Positions 19,442-27,789 of a stretch of 64,000 nucleotides of DNA are shown here, piece after piece; the first letter of the stretch is position 1, and each line of letters opens with the position of its first letter. A program made the position numbers and the translations under genes. The stretch comes from an uncultured archaeon. Its GTDB lineage: Archaea; Iainarchaeota; Iainarchaeia; Iainarchaeales; DTGL01. The notes beneath the pieces are model-generated. The model saw only the letters and a list, made by a program, of their open reading frames with translations. It had not been told where the DNA came from and ran no database searches. The stretch is from assembly GCA_964551725.1 (NCBI GenBank), contig CAZKED010000003.1, positions 21,617 to 85,616 of the forward strand. The letters are read 5' to 3'.

Positions 19442-20128
19442 GTGAAAAAAATGGCTGCCGGCAGGACAAAAAAGAAAAAAGGAAAAACGCGAAAGGATAC
19501 AGGCAAAAAAAGCGGAAGGAAAAGTAAAAAAACGGAAGGGAAGGATTCTTTCGATAAAAGAATGGAGGACTTCGGCGAGGAAGTCGGAAAACTGGGAGAA
19601 GAATTCGGGGAAAGGTTCGGTGAAGCATTCGGCAGGGAAATGGAGCACAGGGCGCACAAATTCCACTGGTGGTGTTTCAGCACACTCGGACTTATCGGAC
19701 CGATAATCGGCTCTCTCGTAGGAACACTGTTCCTCGCTATTGTTTTCTGGATTGTTTACGGAATGGCAGCATTGGCAGGCGTTGAATTCATTGAGGTATT
19801 CGCCACCTTTCTTTTGAAAAACATTGCCGTGTTTTTCCTTTTGTTCCTTTACTCCGGCTACAAGGATTATTTTTCAAAAGCATTCCCACAAGCATACAAG
19901 CCTCTCTCACCAATACTCGGGGCATTCGGTCTCACAATCGTGGTGTGGATTCTCGTGAAAGCAGCGGATGTCTCCAACCTTTCGCTGCAGAACGCCGTGC
20001 TTGAATCGCTGGTTTCGTTCTTCCAGGGAAAGCTCGCATGGGTTTTCCTTTTCTTCACGCTGGTTGGCTACCTGCTGCTTTTCGTGGGAAAATACCCCGG
20101 AGTAAACAGGGGGGAATGGAAACACTGA
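19442..20128 (+). CDS. Hypothetical membrane protein with Lys-rich N-terminus
   Basis: 228 aa. MKKMAAGRTKKKKGKTRKDTGKKSGRKSKK... then 4 TM helices. Confidence 0.5.
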   Translation: MKKMAAGRTKKKKGKTRKDTGKKSGRKSKKTEGKDSFDKRMEDFGEEVGKLGEEFGERFGEAFGREMEHRAHKFHWWCFSTLGLIGPIIGSLVGTLFLAIVFWIVYGMAALAGVEFIEVFATFLLKNIAVFFLLFLYSGYKDYFSKAFPQAYKPLSPILGAFGLTIVVWILVKAADVSNLSLQNAVLESLVSFFQGKLAWVFLFFTLVGYLLLFVGKYPGVNRGEWKH

Positions 20129-20144
20129 AGAGGAGCGGAAAAAA

Positions 20145-20381
20145 ATGGCAGGGGCAAAAAAAGAAAACAAAGTGAAAAAACTGTACCGCTCCGGAGACCA
20201 GAAAGTTTTGGGGGGAGTCTGCGGCGGCATAGCAGAATACCTGAACCTGGACCCGGTAATCATAAGGCTTGGGCTCATCGCGCTGACGCTTTTCACACTG
20301 CCCCTGGGCGGAATTTCAATAGTGTTCTACCTCCTTGCATGGATTTTAATCCCGAGGAATCCCAAGCACGAATGGAACTGA
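20145..20381 (+). CDS. PspC-domain membrane protein
   Basis: LYRSGDQKVLGGVCGGIAEYLNLDPVIIRL is the PspC domain consensus, followed by a TM helix. Confidence 0.7.
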   Translation: MAGAKKENKVKKLYRSGDQKVLGGVCGGIAEYLNLDPVIIRLGLIALTLFTLPLGGISIVFYLLAWILIPRNPKHEWN

Positions 20382-20383
20382 AA

Positions 20384-20923
20384 TCATTTAACCTGCACCG
20401 CACCGAGTTCCAAAGCCTTAAGGTTTGCGGGCAAAAATTTTTCCTTTGCGCCCGCCATCTCTTCCATAAGCGCCTTTTGCACGGATTCCATTTTTACCCT
20501 CCCAGAAGCGGCTATATAAGCGCCGAGCATTGCCATGTTCGCCGATTTTGCGTTCCCGGCATTTTTTTCCGCCAAATCGTTGGCTGGAATTGAAACAACC
20601 TTGACGTCCGAGCGCTTGGTTTTAACGTCAATAAGGGACGAGTTCATCACAAGCAAGCCGCCTTTTTTCAACTGGATTTCAAAGGCTTCAAGCGAGGGCT
20701 TGTTCATTACAATAATTGTGTCCGGTGTCGGAGCCAGGGGAGAGCTTATCTCTTCGTCCGAGATAATGACTGTGCAGTTCGCCGTGCCGCCGCGCATCTC
20801 GGGACCGTAACTCGGAACCCATGAAACGTGCTTTCCCTCGCTCATGCCCGCGAGCGCGAGCAGTTTTCCTATGAGCAAAACGCCCTGACCGCCAAAGCCG
20901 GCTGAAACAATTTTTTCCTCCAT
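20384..20923 (-). CDS. porG: 2-oxoacid:ferredoxin oxidoreductase gamma subunit (POR/VOR family)
   Basis: [23 protein letters not shown]... Start ATG overlaps the porB stop (ATGA at 20921-20925). Confidence 0.8.
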   Translation of the reverse strand: MEEKIVSAGFGGQGVLLIGKLLALAGMSEGKHVSWVPSYGPEMRGGTANCTVIISDEEISSPLAPTPDTIIVMNKPSLEAFEIQLKKGGLLVMNSSLIDVKTKRSDVKVVSIPANDLAEKNAGNAKSANMAMLGAYIAASGRVKMESVQKALMEEMAGAKEKFLPANLKALELGAVQVK

Positions 20924-21669
20924 CACTTTTCCCCCTTCACGTCCTTGAATCTGCCCAGGGGAAACGTTTTGGTCATTTCCTCGCCAACCCATTTGATTGC
21001 TTCCAAGGGCTTCATTTTCCAGTTTGTCGGGCACTGCGAGAGCACTTCGACGATTGAAAAGCCCTCTTTGTTTACCTGGGTTTCGCACGCCCTGTTAATG
21101 GCTTTTTTTGCCTTAATCACACTGGCCGGGCTTGTAACGGTGACGCGTTCCGCGAACGCCACGCCGTCCAGCGTGGCAAGCATTTCGCACATGCGAATGG
21201 GGTAGCCGTGCACCGCCTTTTCCCTGCCGTAAGGGGTTGTGGTGGTTTTTTGTTTCAGTACGGTGGTTGGCGCCATCTGCCCGCCGGTCATTCCGTAAAT
21301 AGCGTTGTTTATGAATATTACGGTAATGTTTTCCCCGCGGTTCGCGGCGTGCACTGTTTCCGCCGTGCCTATCGCAGCCAAATCGCCGTCTCCCTGGTAG
21401 GAAAACACGAAAGAATCGGGCAGAACGCGTTTAACTCCCGTTGCCACCGCCGGAGCCCTGCCGTGCGCTGCCTCAATCATGTCCACATTGAAATAATTGT
21501 AAGCGAAAACAGCGCAGCCAACAGGCGCAATTCCTATGGTTTTCTCCCTCACCCCGAATTCGTCTATTGCTTCCGCAAGCAGGCGGTGCGCTATCCCGTG
21601 ACCGCATCCCGGACAGTAATGGGTTGAAACATCAACAAGAGCTTCGGGCTTTCCCTGCAATACCCTCAT
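20923..21669 (-). CDS. porB: 2-oxoacid:ferredoxin oxidoreductase beta subunit (TPP-binding)
   Basis: 248 aa. CPGCGHG, GDGD...TPYG TPP-binding motifs. Confidence 0.85.
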   Translation of the reverse strand: MRVLQGKPEALVDVSTHYCPGCGHGIAHRLLAEAIDEFGVREKTIGIAPVGCAVFAYNYFNVDMIEAAHGRAPAVATGVKRVLPDSFVFSYQGDGDLAAIGTAETVHAANRGENITVIFINNAIYGMTGGQMAPTTVLKQKTTTTPYGREKAVHGYPIRMCEMLATLDGVAFAERVTVTSPASVIKAKKAINRACETQVNKEGFSIVEVLSQCPTNWKMKPLEAIKWVGEEMTKTFPLGRFKDVKGEK

Positions 21670-22718
21670 TTTGCCACTTCCTCCAGTTTTTCCATTAACT
21701 GCTGCGGCGTCAAAAGCATTCCCCCCAATCTGCCAATAAAGTGAACGGGTTTTCTGCCGTTCACTGCAAGGCGCACGTCTTCAACCATCTGCCCCATGTT
21801 AAGTTCCGCGACCAAAAACGATTTCACTTTTTCCGCCTGCCTTGCAATTTCTTCCGAGGGAAAAGGCCAGAGGGTAACCGGTCTTATAAGCCCTGCTTTC
21901 ATTCCCTTTTCCCTTGCCTCCTTCACAACGCTTTTCGCAATCCTTGAAACAATGCCGAAAGCCACAATTGCATATTCCGCGTCAGCCATTTCAAAGAGTT
22001 CAATGCGCTTTTCGTTTTTCTCCACTTCACGGTATTTTTGCAATGATTTGAGGTTTTCTTTTTCCAGTTCCTCGGGCTCCAGGTAAAGGGAGTTGATTAT
22101 GTTCGGCTTTCTGCCGCGGGCGCCTCGGGTCGTCCAGGGCTTTCTGCTCAAATCGTTCTCTGAACTTTTGCTGAATTCCACGGATTCCATCATTTGCCCC
22201 ATCAGCCCGTCGCCCAGAACCATTACAGGCATCCTATATTTATCCGCCAAATCGAATGCTTCCACTGTCAGGTCAGCGAGCTCCTGCACCGAATTGGGCG
22301 CAAGCACGATGAGCCTGTAATCCCCGTGCCCTCCGCCCTTTGTTGCCTGGAAGTAGTCCCCCTGCGAGGGCGCGATGTTGCCAAGACCTGGTCCACCGCG
22401 AACCATGTTGACTATTACGCAGGGCAGGTTGCAGCCGGCAATGTAGGATATGCCTTCCTGTTTGAGGGAGATGCCCGGGCTAGAGGAGGAGGTCATTACC
22501 CTCGCGCCTGCCGAAGCCGCGCCCAGAACCATGTTTATCGCTGCAACCTCGCTTTCCGCCTGCATGAAAAAACAGTCCTTTCGCTTGGGCATTTCCCTTG
22601 CGAGGTATTCGCTCAGCTCGGTCTGCGGCGTAATGGGGTACCCGAAGTAGTGGGTGCAGCCCGCTCTGAGCGCTGATTCCGCTATTGCCTCGTTTCCCTT
22701 CATGAGAATTTTCGGCAT
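21666..22718 (-). CDS. porA: 2-oxoacid:ferredoxin oxidoreductase alpha subunit
   Basis: 350 aa. KGNEAIAE...[11 protein letters not shown]-terminus typical of POR/VOR alpha. 4-nt overlap with porB. Confidence 0.85.
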   Translation of the reverse strand: MPKILMKGNEAIAESALRAGCTHYFGYPITPQTELSEYLAREMPKRKDCFFMQAESEVAAINMVLGAASAGARVMTSSSSPGISLKQEGISYIAGCNLPCVIVNMVRGGPGLGNIAPSQGDYFQATKGGGHGDYRLIVLAPNSVQELADLTVEAFDLADKYRMPVMVLGDGLMGQMMESVEFSKSSENDLSRKPWTTRGARGRKPNIINSLYLEPEELEKENLKSLQKYREVEKNEKRIELFEMADAEYAIVAFGIVSRIAKSVVKEAREKGMKAGLIRPVTLWPFPSEEIARQAEKVKSFLVAELNMGQMVEDVRLAVNGRKPVHFIGRLGGMLLTPQQLMEKLEEVAK

Positions 22719-22721
22719 TCC

Positions 22722-22934
22722 TCACTCCTCCACTATTTCAATTGCCGTGTCAGGGCACACCAAAAAGCACTGCCTGCAGCCAATGCATTTCTTTTTGTCC
22801 ACGACTGCGGGGTGCACTCCTTTGGCGTTGAATTTTTTTTCATTGTAAGAGATTGCCTCCTTCGGGCAGACGCTTATGCAGAGCCCGCATGCCTTGCACT
22901 TTTCCTCCAGAACCCTTGCTTTTATTTTTCCCAT
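22722..22934 (-). CDS. porD: 2-oxoacid:ferredoxin oxidoreductase delta subunit (2x[4Fe-4S] ferredoxin)
   Basis: MGKIKARVLEEKCKACGLCISVCP...CIGCRQCFLVCP. AAGGAG SD. ORF-track start at 23066 rejected in favour of the internal ATG. Confidence 0.75.
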   Translation of the reverse strand: MGKIKARVLEEKCKACGLCISVCPKEAISYNEKKFNAKGVHPAVVDKKKCIGCRQCFLVCPDTAIEIVEE

Positions 22935-22948
22935 TATGTTCCTTCTCC

Positions 22949-24256
22949 TTATTTCGAAAGTTCCCCGCAGGCTGCGGCAAGCCTTTTTATTCCCTCTCGG
23001 ACCATTTCCTCGCGGGGTTTGCTGAAATTCAGCCTTGCGGAATTGTGCATTTTTTTGTCGCTGCACTTTGGAAAGAAAGCGCTTCCCTTGACTATTGCGA
23101 CGTCTTTTTCTATCGCGGCTTTGAACAGGTCGCCGCCGTTTATGTCGTTAAGGCGCAGCCATACAAACAACCCGCCTTTGGGCTTCACCCACTGCCCGTA
23201 TTCCCTGAGGTTTGAATCCATTGCTTCAAGCATTGCGTTCCTTCGCTTGCGGTAAACTGGTATTACCCTGTTCCAGTATTCTTTAATGTAATCGCGCCCT
23301 ATGAATTCCGCCATAATGTACTGGCTCAGCGAACTGGCGCAGAGCGTGGCGTTCTGGAGCATTACCCTCATTTTCGCTATCAGTTCCGTTGACCCGAGAA
23401 CATAGCCGAGCCTGAGTCCCGGGGCAGCCATTTTTGAAAAGGTCTGCAGCCTTAAAACGCAGCCTATGTCGTCGTAGTGTTTTATTGAATGCAGTTTTTT
23501 TCCCTCGTAGCGCAGGCAGGCGTAGGGCTCGTCTTCTATTACGGGAATGCCGAATTCGTTCGAAATGTCAATGAGTTCTTTCCTCCTTTTTTCGCTTAAC
23601 TCCGTTCCCGCAGGATTGTCGAATGTCGGCACTACGTAAATGTAGCCGCATTTTTCAAGTTTTTCTCTGGGAAGTTCCCATATTTGCTCAACCTGCATTC
23701 CCTTTTCATCCAATGGAATGCCCACAATTTCAAGGTTCTGCGAGCGTCCGTCCAGAACGTTCAGTTCAGCCAGATATGTCGGGCAGCCCACTATAACGGT
23801 GCTTTTCCCGCACGGGCTTATGAACGCGCGCGCGGCAATGTCCAGGCCCTGCTGCGCGGCGCTTATGACGAGCATGTTTTCCTTTCCGAATTCCCCGAAG
23901 TCCTCTTCCTCATCGATCCAGTTTTTGAGTTTTTCAACAAAATAGGGAGCGCCTTCCGTCGGAGCGTACTGGTACATGCTGCCGGGCTTTATTGTCCTGC
24001 CCCTGTAATCCCTTATTTTTCCATTGGTGTAATCAGCGATAATTTCAAGGAACTCCTCTGAGGCAAACAAGTCGCTGTCGGGCAGTCCGCCTGCCAAAGA
24101 AATTATTTCAGGTCTGCCCTGGGTAACGCTTAAAATTTCCCTTACAGCGGAGGCATCCACTCCCGCATCGTATGCCAGCCGCACATAATTCTTTTCGCTC
24201 CCCGCTTCAAGACCGTAGGAAAATTTTTTCCTCCCGCTTTCCACAATCAATAACAA
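22949..24256 (-). CDS. PLP-dependent aminotransferase, class I (aromatic/2-aminoadipate AT-like)
   Basis: 435 aa. TFSKMAAPGLRLGY (PLP Lys motif), NPAGTELS. Confidence 0.75.
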   Translation of the reverse strand: MLLIVESGRKKFSYGLEAGSEKNYVRLAYDAGVDASAVREILSVTQGRPEIISLAGGLPDSDLFASEEFLEIIADYTNGKIRDYRGRTIKPGSMYQYAPTEGAPYFVEKLKNWIDEEEDFGEFGKENMLVISAAQQGLDIAARAFISPCGKSTVIVGCPTYLAELNVLDGRSQNLEIVGIPLDEKGMQVEQIWELPREKLEKCGYIYVVPTFDNPAGTELSEKRRKELIDISNEFGIPVIEDEPYACLRYEGKKLHSIKHYDDIGCVLRLQTFSKMAAPGLRLGYVLGSTELIAKMRVMLQNATLCASSLSQYIMAEFIGRDYIKEYWNRVIPVYRKRRNAMLEAMDSNLREYGQWVKPKGGLFVWLRLNDINGGDLFKAAIEKDVAIVKGSAFFPKCSDKKMHNSARLNFSKPREEMVREGIKRLAAACGELSK

Positions 24257-24257
24257 A

Positions 24258-25889
24258 TCACCTCTTTCTCAGTTCCACTCTCCTTATCTTTCCGCTGATT
24301 GTTTTCGGCAGTTCTTTCACGTATTCAATGACTCTGGGGTATTTGTAGGGAGCTGTCTCCTTTTTAACGAAATCCTGAAGTTCCTTTGTCAGCTGCTCCG
24401 AGCCCTTGTAACCCGGAGCGAGAATAACGAATGCCTTTACAACCATGCCGCGCACCGGATCAGGATGCCCGACAACCGCGGCTTCCGCCACACTCGGATG
24501 CTTTATAAGCACGGATTCCACTTCGAACGGTCCTATCCTGTAACCCGAAGCCTTTATTACGTCGTCCGCCCTTCCCACAAACCAGAAGTATCCGTCCTCA
24601 TCCCTGTACGCCTTGTCGCCGGTGAAATACCAGCCGTTTCTGAAAACTTCGGCGTTCTTCTCCGGGTCCTGCCAGTATTCCCTGAAAATTCCAGGCGGCT
24701 TTGCGGGCTCAATTCTCACGGCAATGAGTCCTTCTTCTCCCGCAGGAACAACGCGCCCTTCCCCGTCGACGATGCCGACAATGTGACCTGGCGTAGGCTT
24801 CCCCATCGAGCCGGGTCTTACGGGAACGCAAGAGTAATTGGAAACAAGGCAGACTGTTTCGGTCTGACCGTAAAAGTCGTGGATTGTCGTGCCTGTTGCA
24901 TTCCTCCATGTTTTTATTACCTCGGGATTCAGCGGCTCGCCTGCACTCATGCAGTGCCTCAAATTCGAGTAATCAAAGTCCTTCAGGTTTTCTTTCAGTA
25001 TCATCATCCTGTAGACCGTGGGGGGAGCGCAGAAAGTGCTGACCTTGAATTCCTGTATTATTTTAAGCGCAACGTCAGCGTCAAACTTTCCCTGCTGGTT
25101 GTACTGCAGAACGGTACAGCCGACAATCCATTGACCGAACAACTTGCCCCAGGCGGTTTTCGCCCAGCCGGTATCCGCCAAAGTCCAGTGAATGTCTTCC
25201 GGGCGTAAATCCTGGGCGAAGCGCGCTGTTACCTCGTGACCGAGTGCATACCTTTGCTCGTGTAACACCATTTTGGGATAGGATTCCGTGCCGGAGGTGA
25301 AATAAATGAGCATTGCATCCGAACTCTTCGTTTTTCCTATTTTTTCAGTGTCCAGTTCGGCCGGAAATTCACTGCATTTTTCCCTCAGGCATGCCCAGCC
25401 CTCGCGGGGGCTTTCAAGCAGCACTTTTTTCCCGAGGGTTTTGCATTTTGCCTGCACTTTTTCTATTTTTTCCGCGTTTTCCGTGTTTGTTATTGCCATT
25501 ACCGCTCCCGCTTTGTTTATCCTGAACTCGAGGTCTTTTTCAGTGCTCATTGTCGTCGTGGGAATGAATATTGCGCCAAGCTTTGTCAGACCCAGAATGC
25601 AGAAATACCATTCGGGAATGCGGGGCAGCATTACAAGAACGCGGTCCCCTTTTTTTATTCCCATGCTGAGAAAAAAGTTCGCCGCTTTGTTGGATTCATC
25701 GCTCAGTTCCCTGAAAGAGTGCTTTGCGTGTTCTACGCCGCCTGTTTCAACTGTAATGAGCGCGGTTTTTTCGGGGTTCTCTGAGGCGCGCTTGTCTATC
25801 ACGTCAAACCCGTAGTTGAAGTATTCCGGCACTTTCCACTTGAAATTCCTGCGGGCTTCCTCGTAATTCTCCATGTTGCTCCCCGCCAT
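24258..25889 (-). CDS. AMP-forming acyl-CoA synthetase (medium-chain type)
   Basis: 543 aa. AMP-binding motifs YFTSGTESYPK, GYRIGPFEVE, C-terminal PKTISGKIRR (A10 lysine). Confidence 0.8.
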   Translation of the reverse strand: MAGSNMENYEEARRNFKWKVPEYFNYGFDVIDKRASENPEKTALITVETGGVEHAKHSFRELSDESNKAANFFLSMGIKKGDRVLVMLPRIPEWYFCILGLTKLGAIFIPTTTMSTEKDLEFRINKAGAVMAITNTENAEKIEKVQAKCKTLGKKVLLESPREGWACLREKCSEFPAELDTEKIGKTKSSDAMLIYFTSGTESYPKMVLHEQRYALGHEVTARFAQDLRPEDIHWTLADTGWAKTAWGKLFGQWIVGCTVLQYNQQGKFDADVALKIIQEFKVSTFCAPPTVYRMMILKENLKDFDYSNLRHCMSAGEPLNPEVIKTWRNATGTTIHDFYGQTETVCLVSNYSCVPVRPGSMGKPTPGHIVGIVDGEGRVVPAGEEGLIAVRIEPAKPPGIFREYWQDPEKNAEVFRNGWYFTGDKAYRDEDGYFWFVGRADDVIKASGYRIGPFEVESVLIKHPSVAEAAVVGHPDPVRGMVVKAFVILAPGYKGSEQLTKELQDFVKKETAPYKYPRVIEYVKELPKTISGKIRRVELRKR

Positions 25890-27589
25890 CAGTTTCCCCC
25901 CGGTCCGAGTTCTTTTAACGCCATTTCCTTCAACTTGAATTTCTGCACCTTCCCGCTCGCGGTCAGCGGGAATTTTTCCACAAACCTCACGTGCCTGGGC
26001 GCCTTGTAGCGGGAGAAATTCTCCTTGCAGTATTTTATTATTTCTTCCTCCGTTGCGGACTTACCTTTTTTGAGTACAATGTATGCCATTACTTCCTCGC
26101 CGTAAGTGCCGCTGGGCACTCCTATCACCGCGCTGTCCTTTATTTTGGGGTTAGTGTAGAGGAATTCCTCCACTTCCCTCGGGTAAACGTTTTCGCCGCC
26201 GCGGATTATCATGTCGTCAATCCTGCCGTGGATTTTTACATATCCGCTTTCATCCATTGACGCAAGGTCCTTGCTGTGGAGAAAACCCTGACCGTCAATT
26301 GCTTCTTTTGTCTTGTCGGGCATTTTGTAGTATCCTTTCATCACATTGTAGCCCCTTACGACGAGTTCGCCCGGAGTGCCCCTCGGCTGCTCCAAGTTCG
26401 TGCCCGGCTTTACTATCCTGACTTCCTGGTTGGGGTGCGCTTTTCCCACGGTCTCAACCCTTGCCTCTATTGGATCATCTATCGCCGTCTGGGTTATGAC
26501 CGGGGACGCCTCAGTCAAACCGTAGCAGATCGTTATTTCCTTCATGTTCATTAATTCAATTGTCTTGCGCATCGTGTCAACTGGGCAGGGTGAGCCCGCC
26601 ATTACTCCGGTCCGGAGCGAGGACAAATCGCATTTTTTGAAATCCTCGTGGTTGAGTTCCATTATGAACATTGTCGGAACGCCGTACAAAGCGGTGCATT
26701 TCTCGGACTGCACTGCGTCAAGCACCTGCTGCGGGTTGAAGATTTCCACGGGAACCATTGTTGCGCCTGCCACAACGCAGCCGAGCGTTCCCAAAACGCA
26801 GCCGAAGCAGTGGAAAAAGGGGACGGGAATGCACATCCTGTCCCTGTGCGTCAGGCGCTGGAATTTCCCGATGAAGCGCGCGTTGTTCACTATATTGTAG
26901 TGCGTTAACATCACTCCCTTGGGAAATCCCGTTGTGCCGGAAGTGTACTGCATGTTTATCACGTCGTGCGGTTTTACCTGCGCTCTTGCTTCGGCTAGCT
27001 CTTCGTCGCTCGCTTCTTTTCCGAGTTCCGCGAATTCGGAAAAGGAAAGCATTCCCTTGTGCTTGCCGCCTCCGATGAACACAACGTTTTTCAGAAGCGG
27101 GAGCTTTCCGCTTTCAAGTTTGCCTGGCTCCGCACCGCGGAGTTCGGGAACGACGCTGTAAAGAGTTTCAACGTAATTCACGTCCTTGAACTGCTGAATC
27201 AAAAAAAGAGCAACGGAGTCCGACTGCTTGAGCAAATATTCGAGTTCCTTGGCTTTGTAGGAGGTGTTCACTGTGACCAAAACAGCGCCGATTTTGGCTG
27301 TCGCGAACTGCAGGAGAACCCATTCCGGGACATTGTAAGCCCAGACTGCTATGCGGTCGCCCTTTTTTATTCCGAGTGCCAGGAGGGATTTTGCCAGTTT
27401 GCCGCAGAGTTCGTTGAATTCGCGGTAGGAATGCCTCAAACCTCGTTCAGGGTAGACCAGAGCGTCGTTGTCGGGATGCAGCGAGGCAGTGCGCTCCAGC
27501 ACTTCAGGAATGCTCTCCTCCTTCGGCATCCATTCTTCGGGAATGGAAAAACCGCTCTTTTCCGTACTGCCGGCAACCCCGCCCCCCAT
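25889..27589 (-). CDS. AMP-forming acyl-CoA synthetase / fatty-acid-CoA ligase
   Basis: YTSGTTGFPKGV, GYGLTE, ...TASGKVQKF. Start chosen at the ATG (27587-27589) preceded by GGGGG. ORF track extends to 27712, alternative ATG at 27529. 1-nt/ATGA overlap with the downstream gene. Confidence 0.75.
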   Translation of the reverse strand: MGGGVAGSTEKSGFSIPEEWMPKEESIPEVLERTASLHPDNDALVYPERGLRHSYREFNELCGKLAKSLLALGIKKGDRIAVWAYNVPEWVLLQFATAKIGAVLVTVNTSYKAKELEYLLKQSDSVALFLIQQFKDVNYVETLYSVVPELRGAEPGKLESGKLPLLKNVVFIGGGKHKGMLSFSEFAELGKEASDEELAEARAQVKPHDVINMQYTSGTTGFPKGVMLTHYNIVNNARFIGKFQRLTHRDRMCIPVPFFHCFGCVLGTLGCVVAGATMVPVEIFNPQQVLDAVQSEKCTALYGVPTMFIMELNHEDFKKCDLSSLRTGVMAGSPCPVDTMRKTIELMNMKEITICYGLTEASPVITQTAIDDPIEARVETVGKAHPNQEVRIVKPGTNLEQPRGTPGELVVRGYNVMKGYYKMPDKTKEAIDGQGFLHSKDLASMDESGYVKIHGRIDDMIIRGGENVYPREVEEFLYTNPKIKDSAVIGVPSGTYGEEVMAYIVLKKGKSATEEEIIKYCKENFSRYKAPRHVRFVEKFPLTASGKVQKFKLKEMALKELGPGGN

Positions 27590-27789
27590 AAAAAAAAGCC
27601 CCCAAAAACAGGAGTGTGAAAAAATAGGAATTGAAAACTTAAAAAAGGTAACTGTTCCCCGGCAGCCGTCTGTTCGCCTGATGGCGTGCATAAGCGGCAG
27701 GCGCCTGAACAAAAAGAAACCAATAAATAAACATATTCCCCCAATCTAGGCATTCAGAGTAAGCGTTCGGAGCGGTTGGAGGTATTTTA

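Noticed and set aside
22935-23066. N-terminal 44-aa extension of the porD ORF in the track (MQRQKNAQF...)
   Set aside because: Basic low-complexity extension reading through the AAGGAG SD. The internal ATG (MGKIKARVLEEKCKACGLC) is the conventional delta-subunit start.
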